Shown one piece after another: positions 51,758 to 64,000 of a stretch of 64,000 nt of DNA. The notes beneath the pieces were generated by a model, which saw only the letters and a program-made list of their open reading frames with translations, searched no databases and was not told where the DNA came from. A program made the position numbers and the translations under genes. Position 1 is the stretch's first letter. Each line of letters opens with the position of its first letter. Origin of the DNA: Podarcis liolepis (lineage: Eukaryota). The stretch is from NCBI GenBank assembly GCA_965112155.1, contig OZ218111.1, one strand, 5' to 3'.

Positions 51758-51846
51758 CCAGACCAGATAAATGAAACTACTTCTTCACACTACAGCAGCC
51801 TTCCTCAACCTCGTGCCCTCCAGATGGATAGCTCTGTTGGTTAGAG

Positions 51847-52340
51847 CAGTGTTTCCCAAACGTTTTTGGGCAACGGCACACCTGTTTACTGAAGAAAAAT
51901 CTCGCGGCACACCACCATTAAAGCCCCGCCCCGTGACGTCAGCGCGCAGCGTCACGCCGGGAGGGACGCACAAAAGTGAAAGTTTTTTCCCTCGGCAGCT
52001 CCTCTCAGCTGCGCTCAATCCGCCTCGGAGCGCAGGAGCGATGCCTCTCTCTGGCTCTCCCTCCGCGCAGGCTGAGGGAGGGAGGGAGGGGCGCGTGTGA
52101 CCCGTCTCTGCTGGGAGACCAAACCCAGCGAGGCAGAGTCGCGCGGAGGCGCCCAGGCAGCGCTGCCGGCTGCGAGGAGGAGCGCCAGGCAGCAGCAGGA
52201 GGCGCGGCCTCTCCTCGCCGCCGCCGCCGCCCCGCCTCTCGCCGCCCGACTCGCCCGCCTCCCTCCAGGCATCTCGCGGCACACCAGCCGATGTCTCACG
52301 GCACACTCGTGTGCCGCGGAACACCGGTTGGGAAACACTG
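51847..52340. mobile_element. Young GC-rich hAT non-autonomous element
   Basis: TIR CAGTGTTTCCCAA, perfect 8-bp TSD GGTTAGAG, repeated CGGCACAC subterminal motifs. Confidence 0.92.
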
Positions 52341-55300
52341 GGTTAGAGCATGCGCCTGATAACGCCAAATTTGCAGGTTTGATCCCCGTAAGGGACAACT
52401 GCATATTCCTGCATTTCAGGGGATTGGACTATGATGATCCGCAGGGTTCCTTCCAATTCTATGACTTAAGATGCTGTTTGCCCGCCCCGCCCCCAAAAAA
52501 ACCCTTCCATGAGTAAAAAGGGAAAGTACACAACCCCAAGCTGTAGTCAAGATCTGGCCCTAATACATGAACCAAGCCTGAGATCGCAAGACAATCAATA
52601 ATTAATCTGGAGTGAAAACAAGACAGAAGGATCAAAGGTAATAATAAATTCTGGAAGGTTTTGAAAGGGACAGCTAATCTGAGGAAATGGAACACAAAAG
52701 GTAAATTAAGCAGTAACTGAGAAGGAAAATACAAACAGCAGACCAAGCACACTCAAATCCCACCGGGAGGAAAATTTCACCCCGGGGCAGGCACACACAA
52801 ACAGCTGGCACACGGTCCACAAAAAAAAACACCACACAACAGGCCCGAGAGAGTAGAATCAGACAGACCATAAGCACAGCTCAAGGAGATGCCTTTTAAA
52901 CAAAGGCAGGAAATGAGCTGGCGTTTCAAGGGGCAGGTTCCACAGTAGCTACCTTGGAATGCCATCATTTCCTGCTGCTGAGTAAGTACTAGGATGAAGA
53001 CAACCTGCTTGGAGATGTCCTAGTGCCCCCTCGAGAACTTTGTTTTACTTCAATTCATTCAAGATACTGAATGCCATAACAAAACTGCCCATTCACTGAA
53101 TTACAGAAGAAGAAAGAGGCAGCAAGGATGACAACAGCCCGATTCAGAGTGACCTTTTTATGCAGGGGAGGCTGCAGAAGAATGAAATGCCCTTGGATGG
53201 GTTAATAGCCTTGGCTCCCCTACTCCAGGCTGTCCAGCCCCAGCTGAAAGGAGGGAGGAAATTGGTTAAAAAAGAAAAAAGAAAAAGACACCCAGCTTCT
53301 AAGAAAAAAGGAAACTGGATGAGGTCAACAGGCCCCCTATTGCATAAAAAGCCAGGTCTCAGCGGGGGATCAGTAGAGAACCTGAATGGGGGAGAAGAGA
53401 GAATTCAGCCTGGCTTAGATGACAGGCACCTCCTAGGACGAAACACAGACTGCTCTATGAAATCCAGAGTTTGGCCAGTAGCTTATAAACAACCATGCAA
53501 CAACCTAAGAGACTGATCCTGAGACCCAGTTTTGTTGGTCTTTTGGTTGAGATGTCCAAAATGAACCAACAATATAGCTCTAAAAACAAAGATGACGGAA
53601 CTGCAAGCCAACGTTAAGATTAGGGAAAAAAGTGTTGCAAAGAATAAACTGTCACAACGGGGACAGGGAAGAGAAAATAGAACACAGACTAGATCAGTTG
53701 TTCTTGCTAAAATGTGCTTCTCGTACGGGTGTGGAGGGCACTTCCTGCCAGCACAGGCTAGTACTTTTATTTACAATCATTTATAATGCCAAGCCAATCA
53801 AAAGTGCATGTGAGAGTTTTATCATCCATCACTCCTGAACTGACACACTACCGCACAAATCAATGAGATACAACACTGCGCTCTTTATAATGGATTGAGG
53901 AAATTAAAACAAAAGCCTCCAGTTAACATTTCTGCGAAGGGTTTTCTCAAGACTCCGTTGTCACCACTTAACAACGTGAACCTGCAGTCTAAATATCACA
54001 AGGCGATAAAAAGGAAATTAAAGCCGCTTGAGAAAGAATGCATTCAGCACTGAAAAAGAAACTATTTTGATTTTGTTTTAATTTAAAGAAGTGCTGACTT
54101 TTCTGCAGTGGAGCCTGTAAGGCCCAGATGCTCATGTGTTTGCATCCTGCTATCACAGCGGCTGCCAGTGCAGCAGAGAAGCATATGGCAAAGTATCACC
54201 TTCAACCTATTCAAGCTGCTGCACAATGAGAACAAATCTAGCAGCAGAAAGGCTTCATCCTTTCAAAATGAATTAATAGATTAATATCCTTTTTAAAAAC
54301 CAACTTGAAGAGGCATCACCAATTAACCAGGAAACAGGTTTTGTAAGAATATAAACAAGCGGAATCCACACAGAAATACTACAATGCACTCTCCCTTCCT
54401 AAAAGGAGAGTGCTTGTTTAGAGTTCCATCCATTCATCCCTCTTCCTCCCCACTGACTTGCATTTCCCTTTTCTTTTCCAAATGACAGTCAACATTCCAT
54501 GGCAAATGCACATGCTCATTCATAACTGGGCAGGGAGTAGGGTCTCCCTTGGGTTTTTTGGTTGGTTTCTATTTTCATACTTCCGAAAACCCTGGGATTC
54601 TCCCAAGCATGTTGGATACCTCTCCCGCTTGTTTCTAGGTGGAACCTGTTTTGGCTCCATTTCTGTTGGTGCTCACTGCCAGAGTTTGCTTTTGTAAGGA
54701 GTGACAAAGCCTCCAAGATGGCAGGCAGCCTCTGAAAAGGATCATTTCCCTCTTCACTTTCACAGATAGAGGAATATCAGCTACAATATACACCCGTACC
54801 ATCTGAAAACTAGCAATATGGGTTTTCTTCTATTATTTAATCTGTGACACTAATAAGCAGAAAATGCATCAAAGCTTTTATTTTAGGAGCACAGGGGTCA
54901 CACCCACATTTAAAGCACATGAAACACACATGGCTTCCCCCAAAGAATCCTGGGAACTGCTAAGGGTGCTGGGAATTGTAGTTCTGTGAGTAAGCCACAG
55001 TTCCCAAGAATCTCTGGAGGAAGCCATGTGCCTAAAATAAGTGTTAAATGTGCTTTAGGTATGACCTAACTCTGAAGTGTCTGTATTTAACACAAAAGTA
55101 CATAAAGCTTGCCACACATACCTATTCAAGCCACGGGAAAACAGGAACCACCCTCTATAACTGCCTGAGTATCAGCTTTGCAGCAAATGTGCATTCAGAC
55201 AACAGGGCCTTGCATTTCTGTCTGCCCTTCTAGATCTGTTTGCTCACATTCAAATACACTGCTGCCTTGAATCCAGCATGTCTAACTGCAAAACATACTT

Positions 55301-55537
55301 TAAAACATAGCAAGACTACCCTAATGCAGTTCGTTTCATAATAAGCTATTTATATAAACATCAATAAGAATTATACTGTATTTAAATGCTCTTTTTAGAC
55401 TAATCTTTAGTGTCAGCAGAAATACATTTCCAATGCCAAATGGACTGCAGACCAATTCACTCTGTCGCCCTTAACAACCCTTCAATAGATGGTCTAGAGT
55501 CTCTAGAGTGCACTTAATCAGAATACTTTATACTTAC

Positions 55538-55623
55538 TTAATAAAAGCTTCCATGATGCACTTACAAACCTCCACTCTCACACTCTCTTTCTGGAACATA
55601 TCCAAGAATGGTAAGAATTTCTC
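55538..55623 (-). CDS. VPS35L: VPS35L exon (EKFLPFLDMFQKESVRVEVCKCIMEAFIK)
   Basis: GT-AG, 86 nt, phase 0->2. Confidence 0.95.
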
Positions 55624-56224
55624 CTAAAAAGTCAACGGACATACCACCAAGTTTAGGTACTTACAGCTTGAGCTAGCCTATATTTGCAGAATACCTTGCT
55701 TCATCTTGGGGGGCATGCAACTATGGGTGGGAAAAAGCGCCCTGGGAGTCCAGGCATGCATGCTAACACTGAGCTACAGCCTCTGCCAGCTACAAAATGG
55801 CTGGGGAGCCGTAAGACATTGGGGACAAACAGGCAAGAGACAAGGTGTTGGACAGAAGGAGTCAGAACCGTTGTTTAAGGAAGTCGTAAACTATTTTGAG
55901 AAGCCTTTGTGGCTGTGGAGCAGGATAGAAAAGCAAAATAAAGCCAATCTTGGTTTGGGTCTGGCTTTTGCCCATATGCCAGGTTCGTTGGGCTCTCCCA
56001 ATGACTGCATAGTGAGAATGGGGTGAGCAGATGACAAGAGTAATTTATAGCTAAGGGTGGGGAGGACAGGAAGACCCAGATCAGCCAAATTCCCATTATT
56101 CCAGTTCTGGCACAGCTTTCGCTCCTCTGCCTTCTAGCTCCCCTCAAATTCTTCTGGAATGACCGACAAGAGAAGATGGAGGTTTGTATGGATTTGTGGT
56201 CCTAGTAGCTGTGTGGAAACTTAC

Positions 56225-56287
56225 CAATGAAAAGAGAACGGCGAAGTCATGGAAATAGGTGATAACCTTCTGAATTATTGACTGGAG
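56225..56287 (-). CDS. VPS35L: VPS35L exon (LQSIIQKVITYFHDFAVLFSL)
   Basis: GT-AG, 63 nt. Confidence 0.94.
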
Positions 56288-56446
56288 CTAAAGAGCAAGA
56301 AGCAGGAGAAAAAAGACACACACAGTAAAGAAAGTTCCTGTTTTGTCAAGTGTGGGGAACCTTTGGCTATCCAGTTGTTGAACTACAACTCTATTCAGCC
56401 CCAGTAAGTATGGCCAATGGCCAGGGGAGATGGGAATTGTAGGATA

Positions 56447-56495
<49 letters not shown>

Positions 56496-56496
<1 letters not shown>

Positions 56497-56614
56497 AGGC
56501 ATGGCCAAACTTGGGACTACAACTCCCATCATCCCTAGCTAACAGGACCTGTGGTCAGGGATGATGGGAATTGTAGTCCCAAAAAACCTGGAGGGCCAAG
56601 TTTGGCCATGCCTG
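56496..56614. mobile_element. hAT MITE between (GA)n and (GATA)n, nested in an older MITE
   Basis: TIR CAGGCATGGCCAAACTTGG. Confidence 0.85.
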
Positions 56615-56663
<49 letters not shown>

Positions 56664-57235
56664 TCTGGAGAGCCAAAGGTTCCACACAACAGCCTCATGC
56701 CAACTTTTACCCTTTCATTTAAATCCATGGGACTGTATCCACTGCTACTCAAAGACTCACTGAAATTAATGGATATGATGAACACAGGTCCGTAAGATTC
56801 CATTGGGTTTACTCTGAGTATAACTTAGTTGGATACATCCCACTGCTTCTTATTCAGTCTTTTATCAATCATGAACAATAAGCTTTCCTCTTCTTGCTGA
56901 CATCATTTAAAACAATTGAAGAGTATCAACAGGTCTCCTACCTCTATATTTGCTCTGGGCTCAATTTAGCTCATTTGCCTTACATGGTTCACAGTTACCT
57001 ATTAAATCAGATACACACCTTTCATTTACTTGCATCAAACATTAGCCAGAATTCTCAAATAACAGTCCTGCTCAAAGTTGAGACACTGAAATTAATGAAT
57101 CTTAAGTCAGACATTTCAAGTAACGCCAATGGCTCTCGTCTGAGCAGAACCAGCATTGGATACAACTCTCACTGTACATTTTAGTCTGAACAAAATCCTT
57201 TGTTTTCTTTTCTCATGGCTGCACTCTTCATTTAC

Positions 57236-57316
57236 CTGGGGGTAGGCCTCTTCAAATGCCCGATCTGGAGTCATGTGTTTGATGACATCCGCCAAAACTG
57301 TATTGACCTCACGCTT
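57236..57316 (-). CDS. VPS35L: VPS35L exon ([27 protein letters not shown])
   Basis: GT-AG, 81 nt. Confidence 0.95.
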
Positions 57317-58051
57317 CTGAAAAGGGCAAGTTAAATGCCATAAGGGAACAGTAGTGAAATAGTCATGAATTCAACTTATCAAAACCATACCATACAAAAC
57401 AAAGACAATTACATTACCAAGCTAAGCAGCTAGAAGGCTTATTCCTACACTGCTAATCCAAGTATTGGGATGCTTTTGGAATCCAGAGAAATTGTTGTTA
57501 TTTAAGGTCAATGAGCTACAATTAATTTGAGCTTTAATCATAATCCATAGCACCAACAAAACGCAGGTACACAGAGATAAGAGTTTGTTTGAGGGGACTC
57601 TGTGTGCTGCTGCAATGGTCTACCAAAACCCTGCAGTCTATGTCTCCTGTTACTCAGGTATAAAAAGGGAAGGGCTGCGTAAGGTAGCATTACAGCATCA
57701 TATGAAGTGAGACACTAAATGAGCACTTAGCACCACACTTAAGAATTATCTCAGTGTCCAGCAGCATGCTGTCATCACAAAGAGGAACTGGGCTACAGCC
57801 AAATGGCTAGATCATAAAGATCTAGAGAGAGTGCGCATGAATCTCTGACTCCGACCAAACAAGGGCTCCACTGTGCGGCACTAAGTAAGAAAAAGATCCC
57901 TTTATCATAGAATCATAGAACTGCAGAGTTGGAAGGGACCCTGAGGATCATCTAGTCCAACCTTCCATAAAATAAACTTCAACATCTTTTAATGCCAGAA
58001 GTTTTATCTTGTTAAATCACAGGAGTCTTAAGGAAGTGAAAGTTAAAACTA

Positions 58052-58285
58052 CAGTCGTACCTCGGAAGTCGAATGCCTTGCGAGTCGAACATTTTGGCTC
58101 CCGAACGCCACAAACTGGTTTGTGAACGTTCTTTGGAACCCAAACGTCTGATGTGGGTTCCACAGCTCCTGGTTGGCTGCAGGAGCTTCCTGCAGCCAAT
58201 TGGAAACCACGCCTTGCTTTCTGAACGTTTCGGAAGTTGAATGGACTTCCGGAACAGATTCCATTCAACTTCCGAGGTACGACTG
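58052..58285. mobile_element. Tc1/mariner-type MITE (CAGTCGTACCTCGGAAGT)
   Basis: TIRs, TA TSD. Confidence 0.88.
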
Positions 58286-58359
58286 TACTCTCCTTATACA
58301 AGAAAGATATACAAATACTCTAAAAACAAAAACATTTACATTCTTAAATCTACACATAC

Positions 58360-58413
58360 CGTGAAGTGTCTACAGGTATATTCCACCCAGATTTCTGCAC
58401 AGTTGATATAATC
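58360..58413 (-). CDS. VPS35L: VPS35L exon (DYINCAEIWVEYTCRHFT)
   Basis: GT-AG, 54 nt. Confidence 0.95.
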
Positions 58414-59115
58414 CTAAAAAATCAATGAATGGACATTATGGTTTCAAAGCAGTATATCATATTGAGTTTTTAAAGCAAGCTCCACACCCCGTCCTAAACA
58501 CACTACTACAATCACTCCCCAATGATACAATAATCAGCTTGCTGAATTCCTTTTTTTAAAAAAAACTTTAATGTAACTGAAATGTAGTCTTTATATTGCT
58601 CTGTTCTTGAAACAAATTATTGAAATACTGGAAGGAGAATCTGGCTAGTTCAGTGGTCCCCAAACATTTTTACTCAGGGACTGCTTGAAAATTGGGAGGT
58701 CCACTTTGCAATTTCCCTGCCTGTTGTAACAATTGTAATGCACTGTGCTTGTTGCTGTACAATTTGTAATTGCATTTTTATTCCTTCTCTTATTTCTCAC
58801 ATTGTATTGCAATTGAATTCCACAGAGTACAATATAATCTAGGATAAGTAACAAAATACAAGCAAAGCGACAATAGCAACAGTCAATACTTATATTTCAT
58901 AAGCTGCTCCTACCATTCATAGTTCCTGCTCCCACTACTCTTCAGACACACCACAGACGACCGGAATAAAGCTCACAGACTACTGGTGGTCCATAGTTTG
59001 GGAGCTCCTGGGCCAGGTAATACTCCCACGATGGAACGTGCAGAGCTTGCAAAATATTTATTACAACAGTACATGGCTACAGCTGTGCCCAACTCATATC
59101 CTACCAACAACCCAC

Positions 59116-59232
59116 CTGTGGGCTCTTTAACTTTGTGATAACCTTCCAGGCTTCATTTAAGATCTGAAGTCGATCTCCTTCTGGAGGGTCAGCTAAGGCC
59201 AAGTTTCTCCCCAAAGAACGAAAGAGAAGGTG
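59116..59232 (-). CDS. VPS35L: VPS35L exon ([39 protein letters not shown])
   Basis: GT-AG, 117 nt. Confidence 0.95.
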
Positions 59233-60248
59233 CTGTGAAAATATGAGAGTGTCCATTCAACCATATCTGTTAGTCCAGGGGTGATGCACCCAATGTGATC
59301 CTTGAGGACTGGGGATGATGGGAGCTGGAATTCAACAACATCTGGAGGACCACTGGTGCCACCCACATCCACACATTAGGGATTTCCATTCAATTTAACC
59401 GTAGCACAGCTTGCTATAAAATGATTTTGGGGTGCGGAAGAGAAAGCCATAGGGAAACGAGATCATCCCCAGTGCCTGAGGTTACAGGAATCTAAAACTG
59501 AAATCCTACGGTTGGATCCAGCCACTTAGTTGAACGTAGCCACGGCTGACTGGTCGCACTGAAATAAATGGGACAAAACTTAGCCTATGAGATTTTTAAA
59601 AAATTAATTCTGCATCAAAGGCAATTCTTCTGCATCAAAGCCAAAAAGCACCCCCCCCAGTTCCTTCTTTTTTTAGATGAAGCATTGTTTTAGATGAAGC
59701 ATTTTTTAGGAGAGGAATTCCTCCTGTTTGAGCAGGAAGTGGAGGTACCTCTTCTAAGATGGCATTTGCCACCTGCAGATTTTATTATCTGCTGTACAAT
59801 TACCGTAATCAGAAACAGTATTTTAGTTGCTCAAGATATGTTTGAATCTACAAACTGACTAAAATATTACATCTCTTCTGCAAATCAGTTAGCTCCAAAG
59901 ACAAAAGACAGCCACTGGCAAAAGAAAAGGGGTGTTAAACAGATGTATGATCCAAATAAGTGCTCTTTGCACTTATGTGACCTCCTTGCACTATTGCCTA
60001 GATGAGGGGCAAGGAAATCTGTGCTCCCCTCATCAACCACAACAAATATGGCCAACTTTCAGAAATTATTAGATGATCTGGAGGACCACAGACTCGGACC
60101 TCATGGCCAAACGACACCATTTCCATGATGTCTGGCAGCAATTAAGTGTCATACAAAAATATTTATCTATTGCAAAGTTATCCCGGCAACCATGACACTG
60201 ACATAAGCGGAGAAGGTGCACAGCAAGAGGGGAGGGGAGGAACGCTAC

Positions 60249-60360
60249 CTTGGGGAAGCCAGATTCGTCACACTCCTTAATCATGCCAATAAAATCCATA
60301 GACCTGGCAGCAATAAATTCGGCTCTGAAGGCGGACATGACTGAATTCAACAGCAAGGCA
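60249..60360 (-). CDS. VPS35L: VPS35L exon ([37 protein letters not shown])
   Basis: GT-AG, 112 nt, phase 2->0. Confidence 0.95.
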
Positions 60361-61473
60361 CTAGAAGAAACATCCAGATTAAGACAAGATATAAAAGGAA
60401 ACGAAAAGGACTTTAATTTTATTCTTTACATTAGGGCACACCCAGACTAGCAGGACTGTTGCACAAATCAACCAATAATTGCACAAGGAGAATTCACTGC
60501 ATCCTATGACTGTTATTTCCCTCCCATGCATAAAAGCAGTAAAGATTGGGGGGAAAGTAGGAATAAAGATTTAATCTATCATCACAGATTGGGGGGAAAG
60601 TAGGGATAAAAACACTTCCACAATAGATCTTAGCAGAAGTCTTGTTCTGTTGCCTCCTTTCCAGATACTGCCTTGCCTCTTCCATTTCATGATCCGAGTT
60701 GGCTACTTTTTATTTTTAAAAAATCTATGTCACTGTGGCCACAGACACTTTGCTAGTTCCTTTTCAGAGAAGGTTAAACCTGGCTGGTGGGCAGTGGGTC
60801 CTGAGTTTCCTGTCCCTTTCCGCTCCTTTTCTTTAAATGAAAAGTGCTTGTATTAGGGGTTTCATTTGGTTTTTAAGACATTGTATACAGAGCAGTTGGG
60901 TGCCGTCATGACCTCTGACTCGGGCAACTATCCAGACACAGAGATGGAAGCTGATGAGATACCAGCTAAGGAGCTGAAGCGAGTTCAAGGCTCTGAGCTG
61001 TTTGCTGGAGATCTGGACACCACTGTTAGGTGCCAGGTGAACACGTTCCTATTCACCTATGCATTTTGCCCTGAACTGGTGCTCATCTTTTGGGTGGGGA
61101 TGGAACATGTCCTTGTTATGCTATAGCAGGATGAGCCCTTTTCGTTAATATTTTTTATCTTCTGATGCATTTAAGATTCAGTACTGTATGCTTTTTTAAA
61201 AATAATAATGGCCTGTTGTTTTGAGACATCCACCCCCCCTCCCCCCAGTAAGGGACAAGTGAATGTAACAAATGAATAAATAAGCGCCCACTAAAGGAGA
61301 TCTGAGGAAGGTGTTTTGTGAGCTTCTGCCCATCAGAGTAGGCACGGCTGGGAAAGACTGACAAATGAAGTAACACAAAGGCACCTTTGTAACGTTCACA
61401 AATGTTCACAAAAGGCGAATCCTTCAAAAGGTCCCAGATGAAGGAGGTTGACCACAGAGAGAGTTTGTTGACT

Positions 61474-61505
<32 letters not shown>

Positions 61506-61509
<4 letters not shown>

Positions 61510-61843
61510 TGTTTATTTGGGTTTTTCAAATTAAAATTTTACAATAACGTATCAACAAGGAATCTTCTGGACTTCCCTCCTCCCCTTTGTGGGTCCTATT
61601 GCCAGTCCTTTTCTCCTGAATATTTTATAATAATCCAAATCTTTTGCATCTCCGTTATGTCCAAAATTCACTATTAAACTACAAGTGTTATTCCAATCCC
61701 ACTAACATTTTTAGCTGTTTACAATGGTTATTAAGATAGATTATAAATTTTCCCCATTCCTTATTAAAATTCTGGTCCTCTTGATTTCTGATTCTTCGGG
61801 TCATTTTTGCCATTTCAACATAGTCCATCAACTTGATCTACCA
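61506..61843 (-). mobile_element. L1-clade 3' end
   Basis: Minus strand W*IKLMDYVEMAKMTRRIRNQEDQNFNKEWGKFIIYL, then 3'UTR and AATAAA; abuts (GT)n 61475-61504. Confidence 0.7.
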
Positions 61844-62103
61844 TGACAGGTTTTTATATAAACACATCCACACTTTTCTCCGCATAGAGGACTTCCCTAA
61901 CCCCACCACAGGACTCAACAGCAACATCCAGCTACCAATGGAAAAAGAAAAAGGAATTTCCCAATGTGGGACAAGGAGCAAGTCTTCCCCCCTCTCCACT
62001 GGGCTCCAGAATGAAGCCCCTTCCAGTAGGACTCCTGTAGATTTAAGTAAGGATCAGGACCCTTCAGAGTTCCCCAAAAAAGCCTTGCAAGCACACTACT
62101 TAC

Positions 62104-62150
62104 TTGTTGCCTAGCTTCTTACACCTTTCCATCATTTCCGTCAGCAAAAC
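62104..62150 (-). CDS. VPS35L: VPS35L exon (VLLTEMMERCKKLGNN); upstream exons lie beyond window
   Basis: ggtag acceptor, GTAAGT donor, 47 nt; matches recalled human VPS35L/C16orf62. Confidence 0.93.
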
Positions 62151-62817
62151 CTACCAAAGATAAGTTCATGAGAATGAAAAAAATAAGCACCCAACCAAAA
62201 CAGTCATTATCAGAACATAAAAAACCAACTCAACCATATCTTTCATTACCAAAACTTCAAATGACACAGACATATCCAATTGTGACCCTGCAATGGGAAA
62301 GTGAAGGAGGTGCAGTTCGCCAATATTTCCTTTGTGGGAGATTCTGCTTCCAAATCTCTCAGCCATTTTGTTTTTGAACATGAAGCAAGTAAGCATATTT
62401 GTTCCAGGTCAGATCAGATGATAGCACTACCTCTATACGGGTGTTACCCTGGATCACTGCCATCTAAGTTAGTGGGCACCATTAGGCCTTTGACTATTGA
62501 ACAAAAACTCTGAAGAGGGAAACTACATTCAATCTGGCTGACCAGATGAACATACACAGGCTTCTAATAAGCAGCCCAACATGATGAGGATCCCTGGTTG
62601 TGTGGAAGAACCTATAAGAGTTCAGCTGCACAGGTCCCGGGTCCAGATAGCATCATTTTGTGGTCTGCATTGGTGACCCTTTGCTACTTAACAGACTAAA
62701 GGAACTCTCTCAAAACTATGACATTTTAATCCAAAGCATGACTCTTAAGAGAATTTTCCTGATTTTTAGGAGGACAGAGACGAAATCAATTATTTGGCTC
62801 CACCTATCATTGCTCCA

Positions 62818-63169
62818 GGGAGACGCGGGTGGCGCTGTGGGTTAAACCACAGAGCCTAGGACTTGCCGATCAGAAGGTCGGCGGTTTGAATCCCCGTGAC
62901 GGGGTGAGCTCCCGTTGCTCGGTCCCTGCTCCTGCCAACCTAGAAGTTTGAAAGCACGTCGAAGTGAAAGTAGATAAATAGGTACCGCTCCAGCGGGAAG
63001 GTAAACGGCGTTTCCGTGTGCTGCTCTGGTTCGCCAGAAGCGGCTTAGTCATGCTGGCCACATAACTCGGAAGCTGTACGCCGGCTCCCTCGGCCACTAA
63101 AGCGAGATGAGCGCCGCAACCCCAGAGTCGGCCACGACTGGACCTAATGGTCAGGGATCCCTTTACCTT
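62818..63169 (+). mobile_element. Full-length Sauria SINE
   Basis: GGTGGCGCTGTGG A box, B box, ACCTTT tail, 13-bp TSD TATCATTGCTCCA. Confidence 0.92.
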
Positions 63170-64000
63170 TATCATTGCTCCATCCTTGTCTATTATTGCC
63201 TCTGGCTCCACCTAGTGTTGGTCTCCTTGCCTTCCATCCTCCACCCGCCCCACCATATCAATGGACAGCAGCCACCTTCCCCTGCTGACATACACCAGTG
63301 TCAGGCAGTTTCCCATGTCCCTAAATCACAGCTGACTACCCATCCAGAAACTGATTTCATTCTGGCACACATAGTTACCCTACCCCTCTCATTAGCTAAA
63401 GGGCATCTGCCTTCCAAAAGACAGAGGACAGAGATTTCCAGTTGTCCGCTCCCATTCAGGGAACATCAAATCGATCACCCCTTGCTATCAGCTTAACAAA
63501 AGGATGGTCTCCCAGTAGCCATGGTCCTATTGTTTTGGAGTGGGAAGAAGAAGAAAACAGGTTTCTTTGCAAAGCATCTGATTTGAGGCGGGAGGGAGAT
63601 GTGGTGAAAAAACAAAGAGGCAAAGTCTAAGTTTGTGAAAGATTTTGTATTTCCACATGGCTGCATTGCCACTGGCTTGTTGTTTTTTAACGTTGGCACA
63701 TGGCGTAAAAGCTCGCGAGGAATTGAATTCCTGCTGAAGACTGTTTTGAGAAAAGTTATAACCGTTATGCTGATAGGAGTTTAAAAATAAAAGGAAGTGT
63801 AATTTGCATGACCAAGGTGAGAAAGTAGTGTGAAGAACAACACTGGCAAGATCAAAAAGTAGGATAACAAGTTTCCTTGGTTTCTGCCAGAGAACATGCT
63901 GAGCTGTAAAAATAAATAAATCAACACAAATGATGCATTATGACTACTGGTTTAGTAGAGGTTCTGTGTTAAGATTATTGAGCTGAAATCCTGCACTGAC

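Noticed and set aside
51771-52516. Cluster of overlapping 109-179 aa ORFs or a new gene promoter
   Set aside because: Explained by stop-poor GC-rich sequence of a TIR/TSD-bounded hAT element.
52540-53135. Possible third solo LTR (tgtagt...gatgaca)
   Set aside because: Flanks CAAGC and ACAGC are not identical; boundaries cannot be supported.
59605-60615. Short tandem duplications (ttctgcatcaaag x2, ttttagatgaagcatt x2, agattggggggaaagtagg x2)
   Set aside because: Ordinary slippage duplications; no repeat-spacer array, and CRISPR is not expected in vertebrate DNA.
19262-62150. U12-type introns in VPS35L
   Set aside because: None of the 16 donors matches GTATCCTT or ATATCCTT.
63330-63500. LINE endonuclease remnant (DFIL...DHP)
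   Set aside because: Similarity too weak to call without an HMM search.

Overview
Eukaryotic genomic DNA from a squamate reptile, probably a lacertid lizard (Podarcis-like, inferred from a full-length Sauria SINE and the squamate CR1/L2/hAT/mariner repeat content). It is the syntenic block IQCK-KNOP1-VPS35L (C16orf62). IQCK exons 1-3 lie on the minus strand (3282->546) and the gene runs off the left edge. KNOP1 is complete on the plus strand (4 coding exons, 5751-14083) and shares a compact CpG-island bidirectional promoter (~3283-3450) with IQCK. The last 17 coding exons of VPS35L are on the minus strand (62150->19262), converging tail-to-tail with KNOP1. All 24 coding exons were read by hand, with canonical GT-AG junctions and consistent phases; gene names rest on recalled similarity to the human proteins. 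Most short ORFs in the track are noise. No clearly new biological system is visible. Best leads: (1) a 134-bp, 97%-identical local inverted duplication bracketing KNOP1 exons 3-4, a templated insertion that could favour circRNA formation or in-frame skipping; (2) a KNOP1 start that looks eroded to ATA in strong Kozak context, followed by a uORF; (3) an RFX X-box plus TCT/ETS/E2F bidirectional promoter; (4) two solo LTRs with intact TSDs in one VPS35L intron; (5) a very young CpG-rich hAT element carrying a GC box and CRE; (6) Penelope hammerhead remnants on both sides of a VPS35L exon.
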